From Phaeosaccion multiseriatum (lineage: Eukaryota > Protista > Ochrophyta, other classes): a stretch of DNA of 64,000 nt. The notes beneath the pieces are model-generated. The model made no database searches, was not told the DNA's origin, and saw nothing but the letters and a program-made list of their open reading frames with translations. Where the stretch lies: assembly GCA_965112735.1 (NCBI GenBank), contig OZ218955.1:1240001-1304000 (forward strand), given 5' to 3'. Each line of letters starts with the position of its first letter. Positions within the stretch are counted from its first letter, which is position 1. The position numbers and the translations under genes were made by a program. This document shows positions 39,494-56,900 of this stretch, piece by piece.

Positions 39494-41327
39494 AGGATGC
39501 TGCAGTCGTCCTCTCCAAAGTTAGCACCCGAGAGACACACTTTGAGCTGGTACGCGAAGCAGTCTTCGGTCTCATCCATGCCCACGGTGAGGTTCCAGTA
39601 CGCTCCTATTTAGAGAGGGAATGGCGTGCGTGCGTGCGTGCGTACGTGCGTGCATGCGTGTGCGTGTGTGTGTGCGCGCGATAGTGCGTGAGTAAACGAA
39701 TAGGTATGGGTAAAAGGGCATCCCCGGGTGCGGGGGCGGGGGTGATGATCATCTCATTGTTCCTCCCTGCGTCCCCTCCTGAGCTGTCTATGGACTGTTG
39801 GAGGCATAATTGTGGCTGTGTACTCCTCAAGTAAAAGTGGAGGCAACAACGCTGCCCCCCAACCAACCTGCTTTGCTCGTGGATCCCTCGTAGTTGGTAG
39901 TCCAGGATACGGGCGCTTCTGTGTTGTACCCACCCCATGTGGCGGGGGCTTCAGAGAAAGAGATTCCAGCTGGCGACGGCGTATTGTCGTTACAGTCCAC
40001 GTACTCGAAGTTGGAGGAGGAGGAGGTCGTGACGAGCTCCACTTCATAGTTGATACCGTTAGTGACCGCGTCGGGCAGAGTGAAGGACAGGCCGGTGGTG
40101 CCATCGCTGTCCTGCAGCCCGGCGGTGTAGGACTGGTCCAAGGGAAAATCGTCCAGCCCAAAGTAGCGGATTCGGATATTCGTGCTCATGGAGGAGAAAT
40201 CATTGGCAAACTCGACTTCCATGTTGACCATCTTGGTCTCGCCGTCCACATCATTTACGTAGCCAATGTCTGTAGTCATGTGTTGCAGCAGGGGGGGGAG
40301 GGACGAGAGCGTGGAACTGAGTTGGTGGGCGCAGAATCAGAATCGCCTGTCAGGTGATGTACCGTCCTTTCCGGTGCGTAAAACGAATGGAGGGTAACCT
40401 TCTTTGATCTCCGGGTCCTCTACGACTCGAAGGCCCTGTCCTTCCCAGTGTCCTTTCTCCCCAGCTTATCTGCCCCTGGAATCTTTCAGCTGGAGCCACC
40501 CCAGCCGGTCATGATGGCCTCACCTCACGACCCCCCGCCCCTCCCTGCCCCTGTCAGCTGCTGCTCATTCATTCAGTTCATCACCCACTCAACTCACCCT
40601 TCCACTGAAGGAAGATGCGCATCATCATGTTCTCGTCGTCGTAGTAGTACCCATAGTACACTGCCGATGTGTCGATCCTAGTCAAGTCCAAATCAGACCA
40701 GAACGGAGCCAGCATAGCCCCATCCACGTTGTCCGAGGGCAGGGCCAGGTTGCCCCAATTGCCGCTCTCGCACTCGCTGTCGCAAAAGCTCATATACCCG
40801 GTACTACTGATGCACAGCGCGTTTGCCCAGGTAGTTTCGAAGAAGCTAAGGTCCATTGGCATTTGCATGGTTTGGTACGCCTCAGAGTTGCTGAGTATCT
40901 GGAAGTAGTCCTCATTCTCCGTCAGGCTGTACTGGGTAAAGAAGGACTCAATATCGTCTGATTGCGTTGTGCTAATCTGATAGTTGCCCACGGAGTCGCC
41001 CGAGACAAGCTCCTCAAGCCGGCGTCCTCCCCTGGCAGCAACCTCCTTCTTCTTGGCCTTGGTGGATGCAGCTCGAGAGAGGGGCTTGTGGGAAGGCGAC
41101 GTGCTGATACGAGCACCGTCGATACTCTTTGCCGACGCCTTGACCTTAGCAACTGCGGTCTCAAAGGCCGCTCGTGCCCCGCCTGCTGTCTTCGTGGATG
41201 AAGCAGCAGCCGAAGCAACAGCACCAGTCGCCGGCACTTGCTCGACTGCGCCACCGGCAGCAGCCCATGTCACTGCTGCGGGCAGCAGCACGGCCAAAGA
41301 CAGCAATGCGGAAAGGGAGGGCTTCAT
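38568..41327 (-). CDS. Secreted acidic protein with NIDO-like domain, tandem copy B
   Basis: Same five-exon layout and intron positions as copy A. MKPSLSALLSLAVLLPAAVTWA..TKAKKKEVAARGGRRLEELVSGDS..CISSTGYMSF..MLAPFWSDL; ends GGFDSSSSFGMKA*. Confidence 0.75.
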
Positions 41328-41522
41328 GTTCACCACGTGGGGAAGGACGTTCCTTCAAAGAGGAGTAGAAATGCGCCCTGTCCCAGGAGGTCGTGAAGTC
41401 CGTTACATGGGGACATACATCTCAAACTCGATTTCCCCCCTTGACCTCACAGGCTGGTCGAGGATCGGATTCGAGCCTCCCAACAGCAAGCGGTTGAAAT
41501 CCATCAAAATCGGTAAACCACG
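41328..41522. promoter_or_regulatory. Putative bidirectional promoter (NIDO-like copy B / tandem-SET gene)
   Basis: The divergent ATGs are 195 bp apart. Confidence 0.55.
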
Positions 41523-44500
41523 ATGGCGTCCCTAAGGAGGTTGCGTCCGGTGCATGTCGCGCTGTCCTTGCTGTGCCTGTGCCCTTGGGTGAGGCGTGCT
41601 GTTTGTGGAGAAGCTGGTGGGGCTGCTTCTGCTGCTCTTGCGGCAGAGAAGGAAGATGCCCGGCGACTCGTCGATGAAAACTTTCTGGCTTGGTTCGAGG
41701 AGCAGGGGGGTAGGGTTACAGGTGTGACGGTAGGGAGATTTGCGGGCTACGGGCGGGGACTACTAGCCACGCAGCCCCTTCAGGTTAGTATGAAAGCCAT
41801 AGTATTACACTGCTGTAACTGGAAGCCTCCTCTCAACACCACCACCATTACTTCTGGGGTCATATGTGAACTGTCTTTTCCCTCCCAGGATGGTGACACA
41901 GTTCTTCAGGTGCCGTCCTCGATCATCATCTCCAGGCAGCTGTTGATTTCTTCCGCCCGCATTCCGGAGGCCGAGCGAGACATCTACAAGCGGGCACAGG
42001 ACGAAACCTCGGTGAGTCGGACAGGGCGATAGTGAGACACCTTAGCTAGCCACAGACGATGAGGGCAGACGTATGCTGAGTCACAACCCCCCAAGGGATT
42101 CACTTCTCTTCGCCTCTGAAGGCGAACTGATGGAAATCCATTCCCCCACGGCAGCGCGCTCACGAGAGACAGACACGCGCACCCCACTGTACTATGTGGT
42201 CCCACGCTCACCCGGCTCTCCCTCCCTTGCTCTCGCCTCTCTGACTCACTCACGCACTCACCCAGGCACTGGCCATGTTCTTACTCAAGGAGGACAGCCT
42301 TGGCGACGACAGCTTCTGGGCGCCGTATCTGGTAAGCTACGCTGATGTACCACCAACTCCTGCAACTGCTCTTTCCACAGTGTAGGACGCTACAACTACA
42401 CTCGAATTACAACAACTCCTTATCCACACTCCCCGCCCCTCCCTTCTGCTGCCATTCCTCCAGGCCGTGCTGCCCTCCTCCGTGCCCTCCAGCCCCTTCT
42501 TCTCCGCAGAGGCTCTCTCTCTCTTGCAGGACGAGTGGGCCCAGGGCGTCGCAGCGAGCGCCAAACTGAGGATCGAGGCACTGCACAAGCAGGCTCTTCC
42601 TCTGCTCGAGAAACTGCTGCTGCTCCCCGTGGAGGCTGCAGCAGGTGCCGATGGTGGCAGCAGCACCAGCACCAGCAATAGTAGTAGTAGTAGTAATAGT
42701 AGTAGCGGTAGCCACAGCAGTAGAAGTAGTCGGAGCAGCAGCAGCAGCACCAGTAGCAATAGTAGCAGCCGCAGGACCATCCACGGCAACAGTAGCAGCC
42801 TGGAGGCCTTCGCATGGGCAGCGTCAATCATCGACAGCAGGGCGCTGCGCTTCCGAGGGGTGAGGCAGCTCGTGCCGCTCGCTGACATGTTCAACCATGC
42901 CAATCACCCCGTGCAGAGGTTAGTGGACAGGGAGGGAGGGAGGGAGGGGAGGGGAGGAGGGGGGCTGCCTAGTCGTTGTTGGAATCTTAGTCTTGGGATG
43001 GACGTGTTTCGAAGGAGAAGAGGGCAGGACATGCGTCTACGCTGGCCCTCCGCAAGAACAGCTCTTTGCTCCCTCCCTCCCTCCCTCCCTCCCTCCCTCC
43101 CTCCCTCCCTCCCTCCCTCCCTCCCTCCCTCCCTCCCTCGCTCCTCCCTCCTCATCCTCCCTCCTCCCTCCTCATCCTCCCTCCTCCCTCCTCCCTCCTT
43201 CGTCCTGCCTCTATCACTCCCTCCCTCCCTCCCTCCCTCCATCCCTCCCTTCCTCCCTCCTTCCCTCCCTCCCTTCCTCCCTCCTTCCCTCCCTCCCTCC
43301 CTCCCTCCCTCCCTCCCTCCCTCCCTCCCTCCCTCCCTCCCTCCCTCCCTCCCTCCCTCCCTCCCTCCCTCCCTCCCTCCCTCCCTCCCTCCCTCCCTCC
43401 CTCCCTCCCTCCCTCCCTGCCTGCCTGCCTCTCTCTTCCCTCTCCCTCTGTTGTCGCTCAGGGTGGCTGACTCGGGCAGTTTCTTTCTGCGCTATCACCA
43501 GGAGGAGAAGGACGGCATTCGAATACTTGCCGACAGAGTCGTGCAGCAGGGGGATCAGGTTAGTTTCAGTTTCAGTTTCTGTTTGGGCGGGGCCTGCTTT
43601 CAAGTCCCCCCTCTTTCTCTATCACACACCATCGTCTCACTCTCTCCCTCTCCCTCTCTCCCTCTGCCTCTCTCCCCTTCCTCTTTCTCTCCCCCTCCCT
43701 CTCTCTCGCACACACTCTCGCCTTACTCTCCCTCACTCTCTCCTCCTCCCCCCCCCCCCCCTCCGCCCTCTATCTCTCTCCTTAGGTGTTTGAAGACTAC
43801 GGCGACAACCCCAACTCCATCTACCTGGAGTCCCACGGCTTTGTGCCCGACCCTCTTGGAGAGGCTAACCCCTTTGAATGCGTCAAACTCACTCTCCGCC
43901 AACCACCGCCGCCTTTCAGTGGTCAGAGCGTTGACGACAAGGGGTAAGGAAGGAGGGAGGGAGAGAGGGAGGCACGAACAAGAAAAAGAGAAAGGAAGGA
44001 AGGAAGGAAGGAAGGAAGGAAGGAAGGGAGTGAGGGAGGGACGGAGAGCGTGATGAGAGTCAAGTAAGCGCGAGGTCAGGATCTCCCTCTTCGATTAACG
44101 ATGTACATCCCTCCTCCTCCTCCTCCTCCTCCTCCTCCTCCTCCTCCTCCTCCTCCTCCTCCTCTTCCTCCTCCTCCAGTAGCAGCAGCAGCAGCAGCGG
44201 TACCCTCTCCGAGGAGAGAGATGCCCTCTTGCGGCTCCTTCAGGTGATTGTGTAGCAGGTTGGAGCGCTTGACTTCCATCTATCTCGACTACACGTGACG
44301 GGAGGGACTCGATGCAAATCCCATGCTGTGTTTTTTATGAATGCTTTGGCTGCCTTGTCTCTCCTCTCCACGACACCACCCCCCCGCCCTCAACCCCACC
44401 CCACTCACGCACCCACCCGCCCGCAGCTCCTCCTCACACCCCCCACCGCAATAACCCCTGTCTCCCTCCTGCAGCTACCCACGGTTCTGGAGCTGTGCCT

Positions 44501-46499
44501 CGCCTCCTCTTCGGTCTCAACTTCAACTTCAACTTCAGCTTCAGCTTCAACAAGAGCTGGTCAGGTGGCCTTGCCCGGCTACGCGGAGCAAGTGATGCGA
44601 GTGTGGAGCATGGACGGCGCTCAGCTGGCCAAGTGCTCGCATTCGTTGCAGCAGCGATCACAGGCACAACGGCAGGCCGGCGTGAGTGGAGTAAGCAGGG
44701 AGCTGTGTCGGCCTGAGGCGTCGCCAGCGCTGAAAGCCGGTGTCGTGACAGCCGCTGTGCAGGTGTGTGCATGCAAGTGTGTACACACGTGAGACTTATG
44801 GCTCGTTGGCAGGGACAGGAGAGAGGGGATGGCGGAGAAGAGGGGGAGGGGGGAGAAGGCAACTGTGGCTCTTGAAGCTCCACAACCAAAGCACCACTTC
44901 AAGGGCTGCCGTTCAAATCGCTTCCTCCTTGACACTTTGCGCTGCTGTATCACCAACTGCTGCCGCTGCTGCTGTTGTTGTTGCTTTTTTGCTCCGGCAG
45001 GAGCGACTCGCGGCGTATTCCTCCTGGGGCACCGAGGAGGAGGAAGCACTACTGCTGGAGCTGGAGCAGCAGCAGGAGGAGGAGAAGGAGGAGGAGGAGC
45101 AATTGGATACACAGCAGCGGCAGCAGGAGGAGGAGCAGGAGCATAGGCGGATGGCAGTGACGTACAGACTTCTCCAGAAGAGGGTGATGCACACCATACT
45201 TGCCGCCCTTGAGCCGCAAGATGCTGCGGATGTATCACCAACTGCTGTAGGGGAGGAGCCCTCTCAAGAAGAAGCACAGGAAGCAGTGGCAGCAGCAGCA
45301 GCAGTTGGTGATACGGCACCAGGAAAAGTTGCTGATACAGCAGGAGGAGCAAGGGGGAAAGGACAAGAGAATGGCGAGCTCGACATATTGGTGAAGCAGT
45401 TCAACGAGTGGATGGAAGATCAGGTGTGTGTGTGTTTGTGCGTATGTATGTATGTATGTATGTATGTATGTATGTGTGTGTGTGTGTGTGCGTGTGTGTG
45501 TGTGTGTGCAATTTATTTTCAGTCCATCCATCGCTCTCAGCAGTCCAGTCGCTCTCCTTCTCTCTCTCTCTCTCTGTAGTAGTGCTGTGCTTACACACAT
45601 GCACACGCCCACCCACCCACCCACCCACCCACCCACCCACCCACCTACCCACCCACCTACCCACCCACCTACCTTGCTTGCGTACGCTTCTTCTCTCAAA
45701 GGGCTGCACGTCCAACAGACTGGCGGCAGCGCCGGTGCCAGGCATGCGCATCGGCACCTTCGCAACGGAGGACATTCCTGCCGAGGAGCTCTACTTGTCT
45801 GTGCCCACTGCTGTCATCATGTCCGCGGCCACAGCCCGAGCTGACAAGCATATGGGGCCCGTGCTTGAGCGTTTGCGCAGAGGGCTCTCGAGCAAGGTTA
45901 GTAGAGATGTAGAGGTGTGTACATGACATGGGTAGAGGGTTGGGTAGGGTAGGGTAGGGTGGGGTAGGGTAGGGTGGGGTAGGGTGGGGTAGGGTAGGGT
46001 ATGGCAGGGGCAAGGGGCACGGGCAGGACACAGGGAAAGGCACATACTGGCATAGACTGAGGGAATGGACTGAGTGCAGAGACTGAGGGCATGGACTGAG
46101 TGCAGAGAATGACGGCAAAGACTGGCGCAGACTCATCCGTCCACTTCCCTCCACCCCTACACACCCTTCCCTTGCACGTCTCTCCGTCGTAGGGCTGGAA
46201 TGATGACGTGGACTCTCTCCTCCTCTTCCTGCTCCACGAGAACTTCGAAAAGGGTGAGGAGAGCGCCTTCTGGCCCTACCTCGCCCTCCTGCCCCGTCTG
46301 GAGGACATGAACTACCCCCTCTTGTACGCCTCGGCCGATGTGCAGCTCCTTAAGGTGTGTGCGTGTGTGCGTGCGTGCGTGTGTGCGTGCGTGTATGGGT
46401 GAGTGTGTGGCCAGGTAACAGACGTATGCCTCATCGCTCGGATCTGAACCGGTCTTGAACTCAGGCTCACACATATACGCGCGCACACATACACGGTAT

Positions 46500-46550
<51 letters not shown>

Positions 46551-46731
46551 CGCCCACCCACCCACCTTCTGTCCTGACACCCACCACCCACGCGCCTTCT
46601 GTCCTGACAACCGCTACCAGGGGTCTACGGTGCACTCCGAGCTCGTGCAGTACCAGACCGCCGTGCTTTCCGCCTTCGAGCGCAAATGGGACAAGGGGAG
46701 GGCACTGGACAATGTGCTGGGAAAGGTGTGC

Positions 46732-46762
<31 letters not shown>

Positions 46763-49700
46763 CGTGTTTGTGTGTGTGCGTGTGTGTGCGTGTGTGTGCG
46801 TGTGTGTATGTGTGTGTGTGGGGGGGTTGTGTGTTTGGGTGTGTTTGGGTGTGTGTTTGTATGTTTGTATTTCAGACTGAGGCTCGGTAGGCAGTCAGGA
46901 CTTGTGCAATCGGCAGTGACGTCTCTGCCCGGCCCTCCTGCCCCTGCACTGCCGTTGCTCCACTGACGGGTTGATGCTTCGTTTGCTCTTGTGCATCGTC
47001 CTTTGGCCCACCTGCACACCTGCCGTGTACACACACATCTGCCTGTGTGCATGTGTGTGCACGTGTGTCTGTGTACGTCGTGTGTATATGCGTGTGTGCG
47101 TATATGCGTATGCGTATGTTTGTGTTTGTGCGTGTGCGCGCGTGCGTGCAGGGCTTCCTGACTCTGGAGCGGTACCTGTGGGGCTCTGCCATTGTGGACA
47201 GCCGCAGCATCTGGTGGGGAGGGGGGAGACACCTCGTGCCCATGCTGGATCTCGTCAACTGTAAGGAAGGGCCCGAGGGGGCGAGGTGAGACGGCAACAG
47301 AAGAGACGAGAGAGGGGAACAGAAGAGAAGAGAGGAGAGGGGAAAACACATATATACACAGACACCTAATCCCCCCCTTCCTCCTCCTCCTCCTCCTCCT
47401 CCTCCTCCTCCTCCTCATCATCATCATCATCTTCTTCTTCTTCTTCTTCTTCTTCTTCTTCTTCTTCTTCTTCTTCTTCTTCTTCTTCTTCTTCTTCTTC
47501 TTCTTCTTCTTCTTCTTCTTCTTCTTCTTCTTCTTCTTCTTCTTCTTCTTCTTCTTCTTCTTCTTCTTCTTCTTCTTCTTCTTCTTCTTCTTCTTCTTCT
47601 TCTTCTTCTTCTTCTTCTTCTTCTTCTTCTTCTTCTTCTTCTTCTTCTTCTTCTTCTTCTTCTTCTTCTTCTTCTTCTTCTTCTTCTTCTTCTTCTTCTT
47701 CTTCTTCTTCTTCTTCTTCTTCTTCTTCTTCTTCTTCTTCTTCTTCTTCTTCTTCTTCTTCTTCTTCTTCTTCTTCTTCTTCTTCTTCTTCTTCTTCTTC
47801 TTCTTCTTCTTCTTCTTCTTCTTCTTCTTCTTCTTCTTCTTCTTCTTCTTCTTCTTCTTCTTCTTCTTCTTCTTCTTCTTCTTCTTCTTCTTCTTCTTCT
47901 TCTTCTTCTTCTTCTTCTTCTTCTTCTTCTTCTTCTTCTTCTTCTTCTTCTTCTTCTTCTTCTTCTTCTTCTTCTTCTTCTTCTTCTTCTTCTTCTTCTT
48001 CTTCTTCTTCTTCTTCTTCTTCTTCTTCTTCTTCTTCTTCTTCTTCTTCTTCTTCTTCTTCTTCTTCTTCTTCTTCTTCTTCTTCTTCTTCTTCTTCTTC
48101 TTCTTCTTCTTCTTCTTCTTCTTCTTCTTCTTCTTCTTCTTCTTCTTCTTCTTCTTCTTCTTCTTCTTCTTCTTCTTCTTCTTCTTCTTCTTCTTCTTCT
48201 TCTTCTTCTTCTTCTTCTTCTTCTTCTTCTTCTTCTTCTTCTTCTTCTTCTTCTTCTTCTTCTTCTTCTTCTTCTTCTTCTTCTTCTTCTTCTTCTTCTT
48301 CTTCTTCTTCTTCTTCTTCTTCTTCTTCTTCTTCTTCTTCTTCTTCTTCTTCTTCTTCTTCTTCTTCTTCTTCTTCTTCTTCTTCTTCTTCTTCTTCTTC
48401 TTCTTCTTCTTCTTCTTCTTCTTCTTCTTCTTCTTCTTCTTCTTCTTCTTCTTCCTCAGAGTACATTCGACTACGCTATCGCCATCTGGAGACGCCGCAG
48501 AGACGAGGGCCCCTTGGGCCTTCAAGAAGGGAGAGCAGGTCAGAAGGTCCCCACAGTGCGTAACAGATACACCACACCACTCTCTGTACATGTCTCTCTC
48601 TCTCTTGCTTTCTCTCTCTCACTCTCGTGTGTGTACCTCCCTCACTCTCCTCTCTCCCCCGCCTCCCCCATATGCTTCTATGCTTGTTTCTCTCTCCCCG
48701 CCTCCCCCATACTGTCGCTCTCTCTATGCTTGTTTCTCTCTACCCCCTACTTCCTCACCCACTCACCCACCCACCCACTGACTTACTTCCCCCCCCCCCC
48801 TAGGTGTTCGAGGACTACGGACAACCCAATTCCATCTACTTCTTGTACCACGGCTTCTCTCTGGAGCGCAGCAAGCACGACTGCGTCAAGGTTGAGGGGG
48901 TGATGCCAACCAATGCCGACAAGGGTGAGTGTGTGCGCGTGGGTGGGTAGGTGGGTGTGAGTGTGAGTGTGTGTGTGTGTGTGCGTGTGTGTGCATACGT
49001 GCGTGCGGGCCGGCGGGCGTACGTGAGAAGAAGTTCCCTCCTTCCCGTGCGAGGGTCGACACCCAACACTTTCCCCGTCCCCGCCCCTCACAACACCACC
49101 ACCACCACCACCAACAACAGCAACAACAACGCGTCCTCATTCACTCTCTCCTTCCCTCTGCCCCCCCCCCCCCCTCTCTGTATTGGATGGCACCTGACGT
49201 GACTCACTGGCAATCAATCAATCAACGATCAATCACTCAATCAATCAATCCGATCCCCTCAGACACCAGAGCTGCTCTGCAAAAGGCCTTCCCCCGCGGC
49301 AGACCCTCCTTCTGCGTTTCCCCGGGGCGCCTCACAGCGGACTTTGTGGCGTACGTCCGCATCACTTCCGGCCTTGGCATGCCTCTGTCAGAGGAAGACG
49401 AGGTGCGCCAGTGCTTACTCATTCTGATTCTACTTCTTAGTGCTCAGTGTCAGTCTCCGGCCACTCAGGCTCTCTCGGCTGGTCAGCTCACTTCACACAC
49501 ACACACACATTCACACACACATTCACACACACATTCACACACACACACACATTCACATACACACACCAACCCCCTCCCCAGGCCGATTCCGGCAGTACCA
49601 GTGCCTTGGCCGCTCTCCTGGACCCCCCGGGGGTGTCTGCCTTGCTGGACTGGACTCGGCAGCGCCTGTCCGCCTACCCTGCCCTCAAGCTCAGCAACGG

Positions 49701-50214
49701 CCCTGACGACCTCACGGCGCCGGTGAGGGAGAGGGGGAGGGAGGGAGGGAGGGAGGGAGGGAGAGTAAGGGAGAGAGGGAGGGAGAGAGAGGGGGAGGGA
49801 ATGAAGGAATGAGTAAGTGAATGGTGAGGGAGAGAGGAAGGGAGGGAGGGAGGGAGAGATGGAGGGAGGAAGGGAGTGGGTGAGTGACTGAGTGACTGAG
49901 TGAGTGAGTGGGTGAGTAAGTGAATGGGGGCGGAGGGGTGCGTACTATCTCCACTCGTGTTGGCTGTTTTGTTTGTACTCACGGCCTCATTCCCTCGCTT
50001 CACTCGCTCCCTCTCCCCTGCTGTGTCTGCTCCCACCCCGTCTGAAAAGGAGGAGACCATTCTTGCTTTCTTAAAGAGTGAGCGCATGCTGCTGCACGCC
50101 TTAGAGGCCATGTGCGTCTCTCAGCAACAACAAAACGCAGACATCGCACGACGAAGCAGTGGCAGCGGTACTCGCAGCACCATAGGCGAGGAGAGCACCA
50201 GCAACACCACCACC

Positions 50215-50272
<58 letters not shown>

Positions 50273-50421
50273 CGCTTGACCAAGGCTCTTCGACTGCACT
50301 GAGCGCGGACACAGACGCACGCGCCAGTCTGGCCGAGGCTGGCGTTGGTAAGGCGGCGGCTGGTGCTCGTGTTGGTGCACCGGAGAGCGCCTCTTCAGAC
50401 CCCGCCAAGGCAGAACTCTGA
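41523..50421 (+). CDS. Tandem double SET-domain protein methyltransferase (Rubisco-LSMT/SETD3-like class) with predicted signal peptide and C-terminal KAEL
   Basis: About 17 exons. SET1: [78 protein letters not shown]2: [73 protein letters not shown]. Each is followed by an LSMT substrate-binding-like helical region (RLAAY..YRLLQKR; [15 protein letters not shown]). The last exon, 50050-50421, ends PAKAEL*. Confidence 0.85.
47431..48453. repeat. Uninterrupted (CTT)n / (GAA)n tract, ~1023 bp (~341 units), intronic
   Basis: Direct inspection. Preceded by short (CCT)n and (CAT)n runs and followed immediately by the acceptor cctcag. Confidence 0.97.
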
Positions 50422-51094
50422 GGGGCAGCCACCCACCAATCCATTGCCATCCCTTGCCATCCACTGCCATGCATTGCCATCTCTTGCCGTCCATTGCCAT
50501 CTATACTCATCCCTTACTGGCCTCCTCGGGCCGGAAGCTGGCCAGAAGCCAAGCCGGCATGGGGTATGAACAAAGTATATATATATATATGTGGCTATGA
50601 ACGTGGTGTATGGTCTACTATGCACATACACTGGTGTACATCCTACCTTCTCGACCCGGAAACCTTGGCACCTGGCACGAGAGCCCCCCTGCCATTTGGA
50701 ACCTCCGTGTCAGGTCGGGAGAGGGCCAGTTCTAGGCATATGGGAAGGAGGAGGAGGAGGAGGAGGAGTCAAGTGGCGTCGTGTCACTCAAGAGGCGCCC
50801 CGCGGCACTGTGGAGGGGCTTCTTCAGCAGTGCTGAGCTTGTTCAAAAACTAAAATAGAAGGGGCGGCGAGCCCTCATTGATATTACGTAACCTTACTTA
50901 TGTACGGATCTTCATCCCCTCTTCCTCCCTTTCCCATACAGTCCTACCCTACCCGTCCCTGTCCTAGATCATTCCCTCTGGGGCCGTAGAAGGCCCAGAT
51001 CGTTCCTCCTAGGGCCCAGATGATTTTCCCTCCCCTCCCCTCCCCTCCCCTACCACCCCGCTCACAACCCCTAACACGGTCCAATTAAGGCCTT

Positions 51095-56115
<5,021 letters not shown>

Positions 56116-56900
56116 CGTGTGGGAGAAAAGCCTTTGGGGGAAAAAGGGAGATCAAAGGGAAGCAAAAGCGAATGATGGGGTCTTCTTGGTGGTTTTGGGT
56201 TGCTATAAGGAGCGCGTCATCCCAGCCGCTTGAAGCCGCCCAAAAACCAACCAATAGGAGGAATAAAAGGACGACACAGCCACCAATTTAGATAGCCCAC
56301 TGCTCGGCAAGTGTGCAGGAGGGGTGAGAGTGGGTGAGAGGGAGGGGAAGGGGGCGGAGAAAAGAGAGGAGCGAAAAAAAAAGGACACGAGAGAGCCAGG
56401 GCAGGATAAAAAAAAAATTGCGCAAAACCGGGGAGAGTAACATCAAATGCAAAGGTGAGCGGTAAAGACGTCAAGATCGCCTGTCCTTGTCTTTATATCA
56501 ACTGTGGGTGTTGCTGTTAGTCCCAGTCTCAATCGAAGGGGAGGCTGGAGCACGTGATGTCCTGAAACCTTTACCTCTCTTCGAAGCGATTTGACTGGTT
56601 CCCCCCTCCAAGGAGGAGAACGAGGAGGAAGCAAGAAGAGAGCCTCTCTCCACCGCCCCTCCCTCTCCGCCCACTCCGTCCCACCTCACTCTCTTCTCCC
56701 ACCGCTCCCCTCACCGCTTCCTCTCGCCCCTCTTTATTACTCGTGCAGTTAAAAAAAGTGCAACAGAGGATCGAACCACTCGTGACAAGTGAGGCAAAGC
56801 AAAGAGATCAGCTGAGCAAGCGCCGCAGCCGCAAGGACCGCAACGAATCTCCATTGCATGTCTCTCTGTTGAAGTTGGCGTCTCTTCCGGGCGTGTGGCA

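Noticed and set aside
46312-48781. Long poly-K, poly-F and poly-E ORFs
   Set aside because: They are translations of the intronic (CTT)n tract, and the flanking SET exons join in frame without it.
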